Position numbers and translations under genes: made by a program. The notes beneath the pieces are model-generated. The model saw nothing but the letters and a program-made list of their open reading frames with translations, ran no database searches and was not told where the DNA came from. DNA of 64,000 nucleotides from Octopus sinensis (taxonomy: Eukaryota), in the NCBI RefSeq assembly GCF_006345805.1, contig NC_043000.1, forward strand, positions 93,558,001 through 93,622,000, given 5' to 3'. Shown here one piece after another: positions 25,064-38,575 of the stretch. The first letter of the stretch is position 1; each line of letters starts with the position of its first letter.

Positions 25064-25139
<76 letters not shown>

Positions 25140-25147
<8 letters not shown>

Positions 25148-25206
25148 CTGAAGGGATGCTATAAAGCGAAGTGCTTTATGGATGTGAAACCTTGGGTAAC
25201 CCTATA
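25140..25206 (+). ncRNA. Degenerate hammerhead-like motif between TA tracts
   Basis: CTGAAGG, hairpin CTATAAAGC/GCTTTATGG, GAAAC-CTTGG-GTA, then ACCCTATA pairing imperfectly with the upstream TATATGTT. Confidence 0.45.
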
Positions 25207-25989
25207 GACCAGCCATAACTATCTTTATCTAATTATATATATATATATTTGTATATATGTATATATGTTTGTATATGTTATTTATATACATGTATAAACA
25301 ACTTTGTGCTTTTGTGTGTGGTTGTGCGTACATGTATGTTTATTTGTGGAATGAAATGGTGAGCTGTTTTGGAAAATTTTTGATAGTTTTCAAAAAGTAT
25401 GAAGTGGATTCTAAGTATTTATAAGTATTTGTTAGTATTTATCAAGAAATTAGCTACTCTCTCTCCCTCTTACTTCCACTCTCACCTATTGTTCTTCTCT
25501 CTCTCTTTTTCTCTCTCTCCCCTCCCGTGTTTTTCTCTCCCTCTCCTGTTTTTATCTCTCCTCTCAGACAAACTACTCCCCACACAACTATTCTGGCTGT
25601 TCCCATTTGAAATTCAAATTCCACTTCTGATCACTAACCCTCTTCTGGTAGAATGCGAAACTTTTCAGACCTTGACTAACAGTGATTGGCCTCAGCTATC
25701 AGATACAGGAATTATTCAAATAAAGTCTAAGTTGCAATGACAGAATGAGCAGGTGCTGCACAGAGCTGGATAAAAGTTTAAAAACAGAAAAAAGAAAAGC
25801 AACTTGTTTTATCAGACCCTCCACCTTTATTGAAAGCCTAGATATAGATATAGAATTGGTAGAGTACCATAATACTGCTGGCTATCTGGTAATTCTAAGG
25901 GTGAATGAGCTCTATTTTGTACTCTAATGCATTTTTAATGGAATACACCTCAAATATATCTATATATATATACATATAGATATTTTATT

Positions 25990-26148
25990 AACTATAAATA
26001 AGGGTATCTGAGAGACACTACCATGCCAAAATAGCAGTCAAACCCTGATCCTAAAAACCACCTAAAATGTTTTTAGGTGGTTTTTAGAGTCAGGGTTTGA
26101 CTGCTATTTCGGCATGGTGGTGTCTCTCAGATACGCTTATTTATAATT
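25990..26148. repeat. ~75-bp-arm inverted repeat (long hairpin)
   Basis: TATAAATAAGGGTATCTGAGAGACAC...AACCACCTAAAA / TTTTAGGTGGTT...GTGTCTCTCAGATACGCTTATTTATA with a 3-nt loop. Confidence 0.9.
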
Positions 26149-28072
26149 GTGAAAAATTATTACCTTTGTATGGTATTTATTCCCATGCTGGCCACTTGAT
26201 AATATCAATATTTAAATATTGATATTATCCTTATTATAAAGATATTTTATTAATAAATTTTTCCCTTATGAGGTTTTTCATGCTAACTACTTGATAATTT
26301 CTTATAAAGATTTTATCCTATTTTAAAATTATATAGATAGATAGATAGATAGATATAGGTATGTATGTGTGTATAAATCATCCTTTCAGTTTGTGTCTTC
26401 GATAATGTATGAAATAAATGACTACGTACTTGAAACAAGCAAGGCACTTGCTTGTTTCAAGTGGTTGATAGAAACCCATTGTGTCGCATGTGTGTGTGTG
26501 TATACACACATGCATGTAACTTCCAATAAATGCATTGAGTGCCCTTCTTTCGTTTGTCCACTTACTCATATATATGTTTGTGTGTGTGTGTGTATATGAT
26601 ATGCTTTTCATATGTATACATTTGTGTGTCCTTGTCTTAACAGTGAATAATAATTGTATATAAGTGTTATTCTCATATGAGCAATGTCTCTGAAATCATG
26701 TCCATCCATGAGGATGTATTACTTTGCTTGGGAGCAGCTGCAGTTGGTATCATGAAGGGCATCTTGGTGTAGAAAATATATATATATATATATATATACA
26801 TACACGCACACACATGCACACACACACACATACATATATAGGTTGATTATCTTTTTTATTCTCTCAGGATTTTAGGATCAATTTTGGTTAGATTTTTTTA
26901 ATTGAAATGTGTTAAATTATATAATTATTTTGTTTTCATCTGTCATCATTCCAAAATCATTACGACCCACCACCATAACCACCACTACCACCACCACCAC
27001 CACCACCAACACAACAACAACAACAACAACACTACCACTGCTCCAACCAAAAACATTCTCGAAGTATCATTTTTGTCTCTAGCATAAAATAAGGTTCACT
27101 TTTTTAAATTTGCCCTATAGTCTGTTCCCTTTCTTTCCTTCCTTTATTCAATTTATATTTTTGAAAGCATTCAGACTTGATCTCAACAAAAACAAAAAAA
27201 TAAAAAAAAATAGCATAAACCAGAATTAAAAAAAAAAACAGAAAAAGAAATAACACTTGCCTGCCCCTACCCATATTATAATAAACAACATTACTATACA
27301 GACACATGGCTCAATGCTGCAGCCACTGTTGCTGTTGGTGCATTGCTTTACTGCATCACTTGCTCATTCTGCTATTGCTTATTGCATGGTCAGTGCACAG
27401 TATATGTTGTGGGTATTTCTATATTTTCTATGAATTGCACTTGGCATCACCGATGTATACAGCAATTTGCACTCATTGCTATAGCTACTTGCATTATTTT
27501 TCTCATTCTATCCCACTTCCTCACCTTCATCACTCCTATTGCTACCACCACCATATACATATGCAAACACAAGTATGCACACACACACACACACACACAC
27601 ATATACATGCATATGCACAAACACATACACATACACACTTGTCCTGCTTCTTGTTGAAAACAGCGCATTATTTTTTTCTTCTCTATCTTGCAGTAAAAGA
27701 GAATTTAACCAATAATGCATGTTTAAGCGAAAGAGTAAAGCAAATTTAGTCCTAATATACAGTACATATGTGTGTGTGTGTGTATTTATAATTATATATT
27801 GATAGAGAGACAGCGTGAAAAAACTATTAAGATGGGATAGGCTCACAATCAAGATTATTTATTCGATGCTTAAAGAGGTGAATAGTGTTCTTCAGCATAT
27901 GTTTAGAAGAAAAAGAGAGAAGGAAAATACACATGCACTCACGCACGTGCACACACACACACACACAATATATATATATATATATATTATAATATATATA
28001 TATATATATATATACTTATATGTAAATACTAATATATATATCTGGAAATGTAATATGTGACAATTATTCGGT

Positions 28073-28144
28073 AGCCAAGATAAAACTCCGAGTTTCGGAT
28101 GCCGAAGTGGAAATCCACGCCACCATCTCTTCAGTTATCTGGCC
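28073..28144 (-). ncRNA. Type I hammerhead ribozyme (conserved core nucleotides intact)
   Basis: Minus strand: GGCCAGATAA CTGAAGA GATG..GTGGatttCCAC..CATC-C GAAA CTCGGAG TT TTATCT-T-GGCT. Stem I is ~10 bp, stem III is short and near-palindromic, and the cleavage triplet is GUU. Confidence 0.75.
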
Positions 28145-28198
28145 ATCGGAAAAACACTATGAAAAATGACCGTCATATATAAAATATTTTTGTAATGC

Positions 28199-28273
28199 TT
28201 TAACTGAGGACGGTTTACATAACGGATGCATTCTGTGTTATATATCATACAAATCTGAAACATACGTATTAAA
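28199..28273 (+). ncRNA. Minimal type I hammerhead ribozyme (imperfect stem II)
   Basis: TTTAA CTGAGGA C GGTTT...AAATCT GAAAC atac GTA TTAAA. Stem I is 5 bp, stem III is 2 bp, and the cleavage triplet is GUA. Confidence 0.6.
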
Positions 28274-28857
28274 TGACTTTAAAATCTCAGTTTTGCTTGA
28301 CTTTATTATTACTACTGATATGACTCAATGTCAATACAATCTAGACAGTCTTGATGCCACTTGCACAGATACTCAGATATTAACATCCATTATCAAGCGG
28401 GAGTGGGGGAACAAACGTATATAAATGGCAGGCTTCTTTCAGTTTCCAACTACCAAATCCACTCATAAGGCTGTGGTCGGTCCAAGGCTATATCAGAAGA
28501 CACTTGTCCAAAACACTTGCTACTTACCTCATAGCCACTCCTGCGCCTAACAGGTTTTTCAGTGAGTTTGGTCGCTTGTTTGAGTATTTTAGCTCTTATT
28601 TCTAGCAAGCTGGTACTTCATGTATCCTCTATTTTAATTATTTATTAATTAGAAAATTTTATTGGTTAGCCAATTAATGGCATTATTGCTTGCTGGCCAC
28701 TAATATTATTGTTGTTATTATTATTGTTTATTATTTATATATTTACTGCTAATGATAATAATATATTATTGAATATTCATTCAAATATTTACTCATATAT
28801 ATCTATGTATGTCTATACGTATGTATAGATAGGTAGGTAGATAGATAGATAGATCTG

Positions 28858-28917
<60 letters not shown>

Positions 28918-29191
28918 TACATTATTCAAACTCGCACTCATGTAGTGTATGTGTATGTCACCTTATGTACTGTACACAAAGTGCTTGTGGACTTCGTTAC
29001 TGTTTATGTCCATGCTTGTGTGTATACTCTGTATGTATATGTAGCTGTATTCATGTGATCAGTCTAAGAATCTTGAAGGGAGAATCCCTGGAATGTTTTT
29101 ACAAATTTTCACTGTACTTCTGATTGACTGTATTTGGAGAATGTGAATCACTCTGCTTTGTTCTTTTCTGGAAAACATTAGAATTTTTAGG

Positions 29192-29234
<43 letters not shown>

Positions 29235-30087
29235 ACCTACACACACACAACACACACACACACACACACACACACATATGTAGATAGATAGATAAAAGTA
29301 TTTTTGCAGTATTGTTTTTATATCTTTATTTTTGCGTTTTTGTTTTAAATTTTATTTTACGGGAGAAAGTTAAGTGATGAGTAAAAATTCCATCAATTTT
29401 CCAAGTCCATTTTCATCTTTGCGGCGTGTCTGGCACTGGTGGAGGATGGAAAAAATAGTGTATTGTTGCACTTTGACCTTCATTGATCTCTCACCTTTTA
29501 AATTGTTTCTGGATTTCTTCATTAGGCTTAAATAAATAGATATACTAAATATTCATTCACAAACTCAAGCATAAGTACATATACATATATATAAATATGT
29601 ACTTATATATATATATATATATAAACATGTACTTTGAGAGAGAAGTACATATGCACATTGTGTTACAGACCGTTAAAGATATTGTTTCAAATTATAAAAC
29701 TTAAATTGCCACAAAAACTTGCAGACACTTATTGAAAAATATGTACCATGAAATGTATTTGTTTCATTTGTACTGTTATTAATGTTACATACGTATATGA
29801 GTGTGTGTGTGTGTAAGAAGCTTGCTTCCTAACCACATAGTTTCAGGTTGGTGTGTTTATGTTCTCGTAACTTAGCAGTTCAGCAAAAAGTATCAATGAA
29901 GTACTGTTAATTCATTTCACTAAAAATTTGGTGACATAGTTTGGCCACAGTCTAGCAACTGAAACATTTAAACGATAATATATATATATTTATATATATA
30001 TATATATATCCTGAGCAGCCAATAACACTATACTTGTTCCACGTCCTTGTGTTGTTGTGTTTTCTCTTTGTGTTTTCATGTTTGAAT

Positions 30088-30125
<38 letters not shown>

Positions 30126-30573
30126 TCATCATCATTTTAGTGTCTATTTGTCCATGCTTGCAAGGGTTAGGCAGGACTATATTGGGGCAGAGCTGTCTAT
30201 GGCCAGATGCCCTTCCTGACATCGGCTCTCATCAGTTTTCAAACAAGGGAATAAATCCTTATTGTATTAGGACAAAGAGCGCAGGCATGGTTATGTGGTG
30301 AACTGGAAACAAGTGACACCATCAGAAACAAAAACCTTTTGTTTACAATCAGCAAACACATGCAATGATGAGAAAAAATACGAGCTTACTCATGCATATG
30401 CAAGGTTCCTTTATTTCTTGTTTATTTATTTCACTTGAAACGTAGTGATTGATTTGCAACTTTAGGACAGGACACCAGTTGACAGCATCTACAAGCTGAA
30501 AAGAATCCTAGCCACATGCTTCAGGTAGAATTTCATAACTACACTGCCATATACACACATATACATGTATGTA

Positions 30574-30791
30574 TGAGGGGGCACTGAAAGGTTTAGGCTT
30601 TGGGTTAAAAAAAAAAAGCAGGTGGATCAGTAAATTACGATTTTATTGAACATATTCCCCTCTCAGTTTACACACTTATTGCAGTGGTCCCTCAGGTTTT
30701 TGTAAGCCTAGTAAAAGAACGTGGAAGGCTGGGCCTCCAGCCAGGCGTTTTCTGATACCCTTAAAGCCAGAAACTTTTCAGCACCTCCTTA
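30574..30791. mobile_element. Mariner-type MITE (TA TSD)
   Basis: TA|TGAGGGGGCACTGAAAGGTTTAGGCTTT...AAAGCCAGAAACTTTTCAGCACCTCCTTA|TA with imperfect TIRs. Confidence 0.7.
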
Positions 30792-31957
30792 TATATGTAT
30801 GTGTCATCATCATTTTACGTCTGCTTTCCATGCTGGCATAAGTTGGATGATTTTACAGGAGCTGACCAGACCAGCTGAAGGGCTGTTCAGGCTCCGTGTC
30901 TGTTTTAGCATAGTCTCTACGGCTGGATGCCCTTCCTATATATATATATATATATATATAGTTATGTGTCTATGTGTATATATATATTAGCTATAAGCAA
31001 GGCTTTAAGCTTAAAGAGTTTAACTTCATAACCATGTGGCTTCAGTGCATGATTGATGGATGCGATGCTTTCTGAATGAAATTTGGTAGATGGAAACTGC
31101 CCATTGCATATGTGTGTTTGTGGGAAAAATCATACAGAAATGTCATCAATGTTAAAATGTTAATGGATTTTGAATCCCAGGAATTCAAAGGTCTAAAGCT
31201 TATCTATCTGCACAGTTTCTAGTCTATCAAATCAAATCAAATGAAACCAATGAGATATCTAGAAGGTTAATTGGTTGCAGGTAATTTTTTCACAAGCATA
31301 ACAAATCTCTGAGTTGTGTTGAATTAGATCCTTTCGAGAAAGAACACAAATCTACAGGAGAAAAATAAGAATTAAAACAAAAACAAAAAATGCTGTAATT
31401 GATACAGGAATTAGTTATCAAAATACTTTCTTCATTCAACCATTTCATGGAATTTTATTCTAATCAGAAATAAGACCACCACTGCCACGACAACAACAAT
31501 AACAACAACAACTACTACTACTACTACTACTGCTGCTGCTTATACTATCATCATAAGAACTACTACAATTATCATCATCATCATCAAACAAATAAAATTG
31601 TTCCAATGCCACCATCAACAGCTGAGCAGTCACCAGTGACCACTGAGGGTTATAAAATACTTTTCATTGCTGTTCTGTGCCATCCTTGTTTAGAAAGATA
31701 TATATATACATATATATGTATGTGTGTGTGTGTATTTATATATATATGGGCATCCTGCTGTTGAAACTAAGTTAAATCAGACTGAAGTCTGGTGCAGCTC
31801 TCCAGCTTACTAGTTCCAGCCTGACCGACTAACTCATGCCAGCATGGAAAACAGACATTAAATGATGATTATGATGATATATATACACTTGTATATGCGT
31901 GTGCATATATATATATACACACATATGTGTATGTCTATCTATCTATCTATCTATATT

Positions 31958-31998
<41 letters not shown>

Positions 31999-32307
31999 CT
32001 AAATCATCACCATGATCACTATTTGACATCCATTTTCCATGCTGCATACGTTAGATGGTCCAACAGGATCTAATGGGCTAGAGAGCTGTGTTAGGTTCCA
32101 ACATAGAAACCAGCATTGATATGGTTTCTACAGCTGGATGCTTTTACTAATGCTGACCATGGATCATCCTCCTTCTCATCATCATCATCATCATCATATT
32201 TTAATGTACCTTCTTCTATACTGGCATGGTTTGAATGGTTCAACACGAACATATGTGCCAGAGGGCTTCACTGAAATCTAATCTCTACTTAGGCATGAGG
32301 TTTCTAC

Positions 32308-32501
32308 CAGGGGCGTATATTCAAGGTGTTCTAGGTATGTACTGCACACCCATCAAAAATGGCAAATTCATTATAAATATTAACCTTACTCATTAATTAA
32401 ATCACAAATCTTAATGGAAAACTTTTGTTATACCCCTGCTTGAAATTTGGTGGCATTGGGTGTGGCAGCACACTGAATACAACAACCACCATGCACCACT
32501 G
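32308..32501. mobile_element. hAT-type MITE with perfect 8-bp TSD, nested in a family D repeat
   Basis: GTTTCTAC|CAGGGGCGTA...TGCACCACTG|GTTTCTAC. Confidence 0.85.
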
Positions 32502-33066
32502 GTTTCTACAGCTGTAAGCCCTTTCTAATATTAATCGCTTCATAGCATGTACTGGATGCTTTTTTCATAGCACCAACACCAATGAGGTCGCCAAGAACCT
32601 GCAAGACAAAACCTTGCAACTGAGTATCTGGAAGTAAGAAAGAGGGACATGAGCAGGTGTTGTCTTGCTGATGGCTTGCTCATCGCATATGTTAAATGAT
32701 GATGATGATGATGATGTGAGTTTGCTATGATACGTCAACAGAGATCATAAAGCTTAAACGTTTGTAGCGAGCTGGAGTGCTTTAGGTTGGCTGATGTGTT
32801 GTTGATATGCAAGGTGGGGTGGGCGTAGTAAGCGCAAGAGCATATTCTTGATATGTGAAGCGACCGGCCATGTCTGTGTGTTGTTGTTGTTGTTTTTGTT
32901 GTTAAAAGAGAACTTTCTTGTGTCACCTCACCATTAGGAAGATATTTTTTTTGTCTTTAATTCTAGAGATTCAACAGTTGGTACAGACAGTTCCTTTCTT
33001 TGTTGTTGACAAAGGAAGGTGAACATTAAATCATAAAAGAAAAATTATGATAACAATAGTGATAAC

Positions 33067-33113
<47 letters not shown>

Positions 33114-33792
33114 TGATGATGATGATAATACTATAAAATAAAAATGACAATAAAATAAACAGCTTAAATCTTAGATATTTTCTTTTTCTGATTGTTTTCC
33201 ATATCAGAATACAATTTGTTATTAGTTCTTTTTTTCTTTTGTTTTCATCCATTTATTATTTATTTATTTATTTATAAAAGTTGTAAATTTGTCTTAAGTA
33301 CAATAAAGAAGGGAAAAAAAGAGACAAAAGGAGAAAGAGAGAGAAAGATGAAAATACAGAGATTGATGAAGAAAGAGAGGAGGAGAGAAAAAATCAATAT
33401 GCTGGAAATGAAAAAGGGAAAAACTAAATGTATAATTTAGAAAAACAATTGATAAGAAAAAACAGATTTTAAAAATAAAGTCTGTGTGTGTGTTTGTCAG
33501 TCTATGTGTATATACATACATACATACATATATATATATATACAATATATATGTATGAAGAATTTTAACTTAAAATTAAGAAATTCATTTCAAGGAAGGG
33601 GAGGTGAGAAAAGAGGGTGAGGGGAAGGAAGGCAAGAAGGAACAAAATGAAAAACAAATATAAAAAAAACCCAAAAAACAAATGAAATAAAATATAAAAT
33701 CCTAGCTGACAGACAGAAAGGAAAAACCAAGATGTTGACATAAGAGGAGAAGTCTGTTTACAAGTTGATCTATACAGACAGAGAAGCTTTGC

Positions 33793-33823
<31 letters not shown>

Positions 33824-34010
33824 CGTGTGCACGCATGTGTGTGTGTGTGTGCATGTATATTTATAATGTCTGTATTGTTTTGAGCCCTTTGATTTAATGC
33901 ATTTATCAGTCAATATATCCTGTCTACATTTGAGTGAAATATATGCATACACATACACATATATACATATATATATATACATATACATATATATATCATA
34001 TATGTATATG

Positions 34011-34052
<42 letters not shown>

Positions 34053-34296
34053 TATATATGTATGTATGTATATCCAAATATCCTCACACATACACATGCA
34101 TGTGTGCCATGCACACACACCTTCACGCACAAACGTGTATGTATACTCAGATAGATGAAAAGTAAAACTACGTTTTCAGTGTTCACACATACGCATGCAT
34201 TCACATATACACACCACATACTTCCAATATACTGTTCACTGCAAAGGCTTGCTGATATGTGCATCTATGATCTCTCTCTCGCTCTCTCTCTCTCAT

Positions 34297-34327
<31 letters not shown>

Positions 34328-35162
34328 TAGATATGCATGTCCTTATTTCTTTTTGTTTGCATTTTTCTCAATGAATGATCATAGGAATGGTAATGATGAT
34401 AGTGACAAAATGTCAATTGCTTAATCATTCTTTAAAAGATACAAGGAAAACAACAATATAAATATTACAACACAATAAATACACTGTTTTTTTTTTGTTT
34501 TTTTTTTACAATACAGAACATAGCATGAAGACTCAGCTACGAGGATAGAAGGATTGAGTCATTCATTTATAGTTAACCTCCTCCTCATCATCATCTCCAT
34601 TATCATCATCATCTGCATTTTAGCAGCTCCTTCTCCATGCTTGTAAGAATCAGACATGGATATGTTCAGTGTCAGGGCTTTCTATTGCTAAGTGTCTGTC
34701 CTTTCTCTAATCCTCACCTATTCCTAAGCAAGATAAAGTAATAATAATAGCAACAAAAAATACAAACCTAGTAAAATTCCTTGTGTCTTAGAGCGGTGTT
34801 ATGGTCCTGGCACTGTTGTGGTTCTGGCACTGTCATGGTGATATTTAGTATAATTTCATACATCCAGATTTTATCTGTCATCTCTCTCTGTTTTTGTCTA
34901 CTCCTCCACAAGGAATAGTTAAGAGAGGTTTGGTTACTGTTTCTAGTAAATTGTCTGGTTCCGTAGTGGTCCTCATGTTTGCCAATATCCAATATTAGGA
35001 TTGAATGCACACCAGAATTATCTCATACCTCTCTTTGTCTTTTTCTTTCTCTTCTTAACAATGAGAGGCATCTCTATTGTGTGGATCTCAATTTGACAAA
35101 GAATAGACCTCCATCTAATAATTTGAGGAAAGTCTTTAGTTCCCCTAACCATCCTCATCATT

Positions 35163-35740
35163 AATCCATTCATTCATCCATCTTCTCCACTACTATTCCT
35201 GTGAGGATCATGGTGGGTAGAGTCCTCTGGCACCCCTGTGATAGGGTCCTTTCAAGAACAATCATCATTAAACTTATTGGTGGATTATCAAGCATGACCA
35301 ACTAAGTCTATGGATATCATCCAACCGTCTTGGTCTACTATTAGGTCTCCTCTCAATTGTCTTGGCTTGAAGAAGCCTTAAAGCCATAAAGCTACCTGTT
35401 TACTGTGATGTTCTAATCATATCTGTAGTACTGGAGCTGTGACTCCTCAACAAGGAGAAGTAGCAGCTCACTCTAGGGAGACTCCCTCATCTCCAAGATA
35501 TGCTTGCTGCCAAATAATGTTCCTCCAGAGATTCTTCAGAGTAACCCTATTTTGGTCACTTGTATTCAAAATACAGTCGTTACACTATATTCATGACCAT
35601 AAGTGAAGATAGGCACAAAACCAAGCAGAAGATAGCAAGTTTGGTTTTTTTACCAATCCCTCCTCTTATGAGGGCCAAATGCTGGAGCTAGTGCCTAGCA
35701 TCCAATTCTAACACCTCTTCATTAATGGTAAGACAAAATA
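35163..35740 (-). mobile_element. Degenerate RTE-clade LINE (Expander/Rex3-like) 3' fragment
   Basis: Minus-strand reading with stops and frameshifts: KTKLAIF..VPIFTYGHEY..IQVTKIGLL*RISG..ELLLLLVEESQL..RRPNSRPR..LSWSCL. Ends in a GAAGATGGATGAATGAATGG tail. Confidence 0.8.
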
Positions 35741-37216
35741 AGAGTTTGCATCATTCATACAGATGCTTCTTTCTACCATTCTCCTCATTATCCGCATCAC
35801 TATCATTAACATTACTATAAATTTGCCTACCCCTCCTCCTTCTCCTCCTAATTATCATCATCATGATCACCATCCTTCTCTTCCTCATCTTTATACCCTC
35901 CACTTCATCATTGCCATCATCATCATCATCATTGTTGTTCTCTTCTACTTCTTCCTCCTACTCATCATCATCATCATCATGAATATCCTCTTCTCCATCC
36001 TTCTCTTCCACCTCCTCCTCCCACTCATCATCATCATCATCATCAATCATCATCATTATCAAGATCCACTTCATCATCATCATCATCATTATCATCCTCC
36101 TTATCATCATCATTACCATCTTCTGCATCATAATATTCCTTTTTCCAAATCATTTGTTTTTCATTTCATGAAAGCTACAAAACAAAAAAAAAGAAGAAAA
36201 ATGTTTCTTTAGTTTCGTACCTTATATATGAAAAAAAATAAATAAATAAACAACAACAGACAAGCTACATGTGTTCAGCAAGCAAACAAACAAAACACAC
36301 TATGCAAAGAATAAAAAAAAAAAAAATTCTCCCCCAAATTAACTTATAAATCAATTATATCTAACTGTTTACAATCAAATTAACGATTGAACATAATTGG
36401 TATTGCACTCACTCAATATCTTTCTGCTGATTGCTTTGAGCAGTCAAGCTACTGGACCTCCAAACGATATTAGCCAGTTCTTCGCAATTTTGTTATTGTA
36501 GTTTTTCTTGAAAAATTGGCAGTAATTCAAAAGATAGGTGGTTGATTTTTCTGTCTAGCTAGCTGCCTTGCTCATTTTATTCTTCCCTTTCAGTGTTTGA
36601 AGATATATATATATATATATATATATATCAGTACACACACAAACACATTCATACATACATTCATATATATATATATATATGCATAGGTATGTGTGTGTGT
36701 GTATATGTATATATATATATATACACATACATATATATATATATATATATGCACACACATACATATATATGTATCTATGTATATACAATGTTTGTATAAC
36801 CATTTGTTTTTTCATTCATTTTCATTTTTTTCCCAATTATGTGTGGTTACATAAATATATTAAGGCATGTATTTTCATAGAGCTGTAAGACCCTTTGTAT
36901 TACTAACCCTTATAAATTTTTACAAGCTGGAGGTTAAGGGATCTAATATTTCACACACCTTCAAAGACACAAAGCTAACAAACTATTTATTGACTGAGGA
37001 AAATGACCACAATGTCACTGCTTGTACCTAGCAATTTTTTGAGAAGTGCAAGAGTAAATACTCACACACACATGTACACACATGCACATATACATACACA
37101 TAGAGGCTTCTTTCAGCTTCTGTCTACCAGTTCTATTCATGAGGTTTCAGTTGGCCCAGGTCTATAGCAAAGAAACTTGTATATATATATATATATGTAT
37201 GCATATATATATATAC

Positions 37217-37247
<31 letters not shown>

Positions 37248-37290
37248 ATATACATATATACATATATATATATTATATATATATACATAT

Positions 37291-37349
<59 letters not shown>

Positions 37350-37565
37350 ATGCGGATGTCTTTAAAGTAGGACTGATCTCTTCCTGTCAGGTGTCCCGAA
37401 TGAACCAACTTCACGGCAGGAAGTGCAGATGAGGGCAGCTGCATTGAACTCTCTCATGCACCAAATGGCAGTTGCTAAAAAGCATTCGTGAAGTAAAATC
37501 ATATAGCATCACCAAATGGCGGTGCCCCAGCATGGCCACAGCTCGTGAGCTGAAACTAGATAAGA
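37350..37565 (+). mobile_element. Probable LINE 3' end sharing its terminus with SINE B
   Basis: Ends GGCGGTGCCCCAGCATGGCCACAGCTCGTGAGCTGAAACTAG but has non-SINE upstream sequence. Weak E(W)NQL-like motif near 37400. Confidence 0.5.
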
Positions 37566-37619
37566 TTTTTAAAAAAAAATATACATATATGTATATATAC
37601 AGAAACATATATTTATACA

Positions 37620-37663
<44 letters not shown>

Positions 37664-37835
37664 TGAAGTAAACACAAGTGGCATTTAAAATTTACAACAG
37701 CTGTTTCGACAGTGTTTTACTTATTTAATGCAGCCATAAAATGATTACATCATAATAAATAATCCACCATCATCAGATAAAATTTTAAGCATGTAAGATT
37801 TTAAACAGTGACCCGAACATAACCGACTATGTCTT

Positions 37836-37866
<31 letters not shown>

Positions 37867-38329
37867 TGTGTGTGCATGTTTACATATAAAAATATATCTA
37901 TATATTAATGTTTGTTTTTATGCTGAGTTACAATAAAAAACAATTTTACTTTAAACTGAAAGATTACCCAATGCTTTTTAAAGAGTACATATTTATTGTC
38001 ATTTTTGCAAGAAGAGTGGTGACAGTGACTTTGTTTGTATATTTGGGTTTATTCCTATATTTTTGCCTTCCCCCAAAGACCCCGAAGATGTCCTTCTTCA
38101 CATCTGGGTCAGAATGCGCTATTGATGTACAAGTGTTTAAGGTAATATAAAACATGAGGCCCTAATATCTAAGTGTGTGTGTATGTATTTATATATATAT
38201 ATATAATATATATATATATATATCCATATCCATTGTTGGAAATTCTTTGATTTCATTTTGCTGTTTCAGACAACTGCTGTATTTGTTTCATACAAACAAT
38301 TGGAATATATATATATGCACACACATATG

Positions 38330-38397
<68 letters not shown>

Positions 38398-38538
38398 TAT
38401 TTATATATATATATATATACACACACACATATTTATATATATATATATATACACACACACATATTTATATATATATATATATACACACACGCATATTTAT
38501 ATATATATATATATACACACACACATATTTATATATGT

Positions 38539-38575
<37 letters not shown>

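Noticed and set aside
27336-27450. Resemblance to miR-33 (GTGCATTG) and miR-92 (ATTGCAC) seeds
   Set aside because: The match ends after the seed, and no precursor hairpin is evident.
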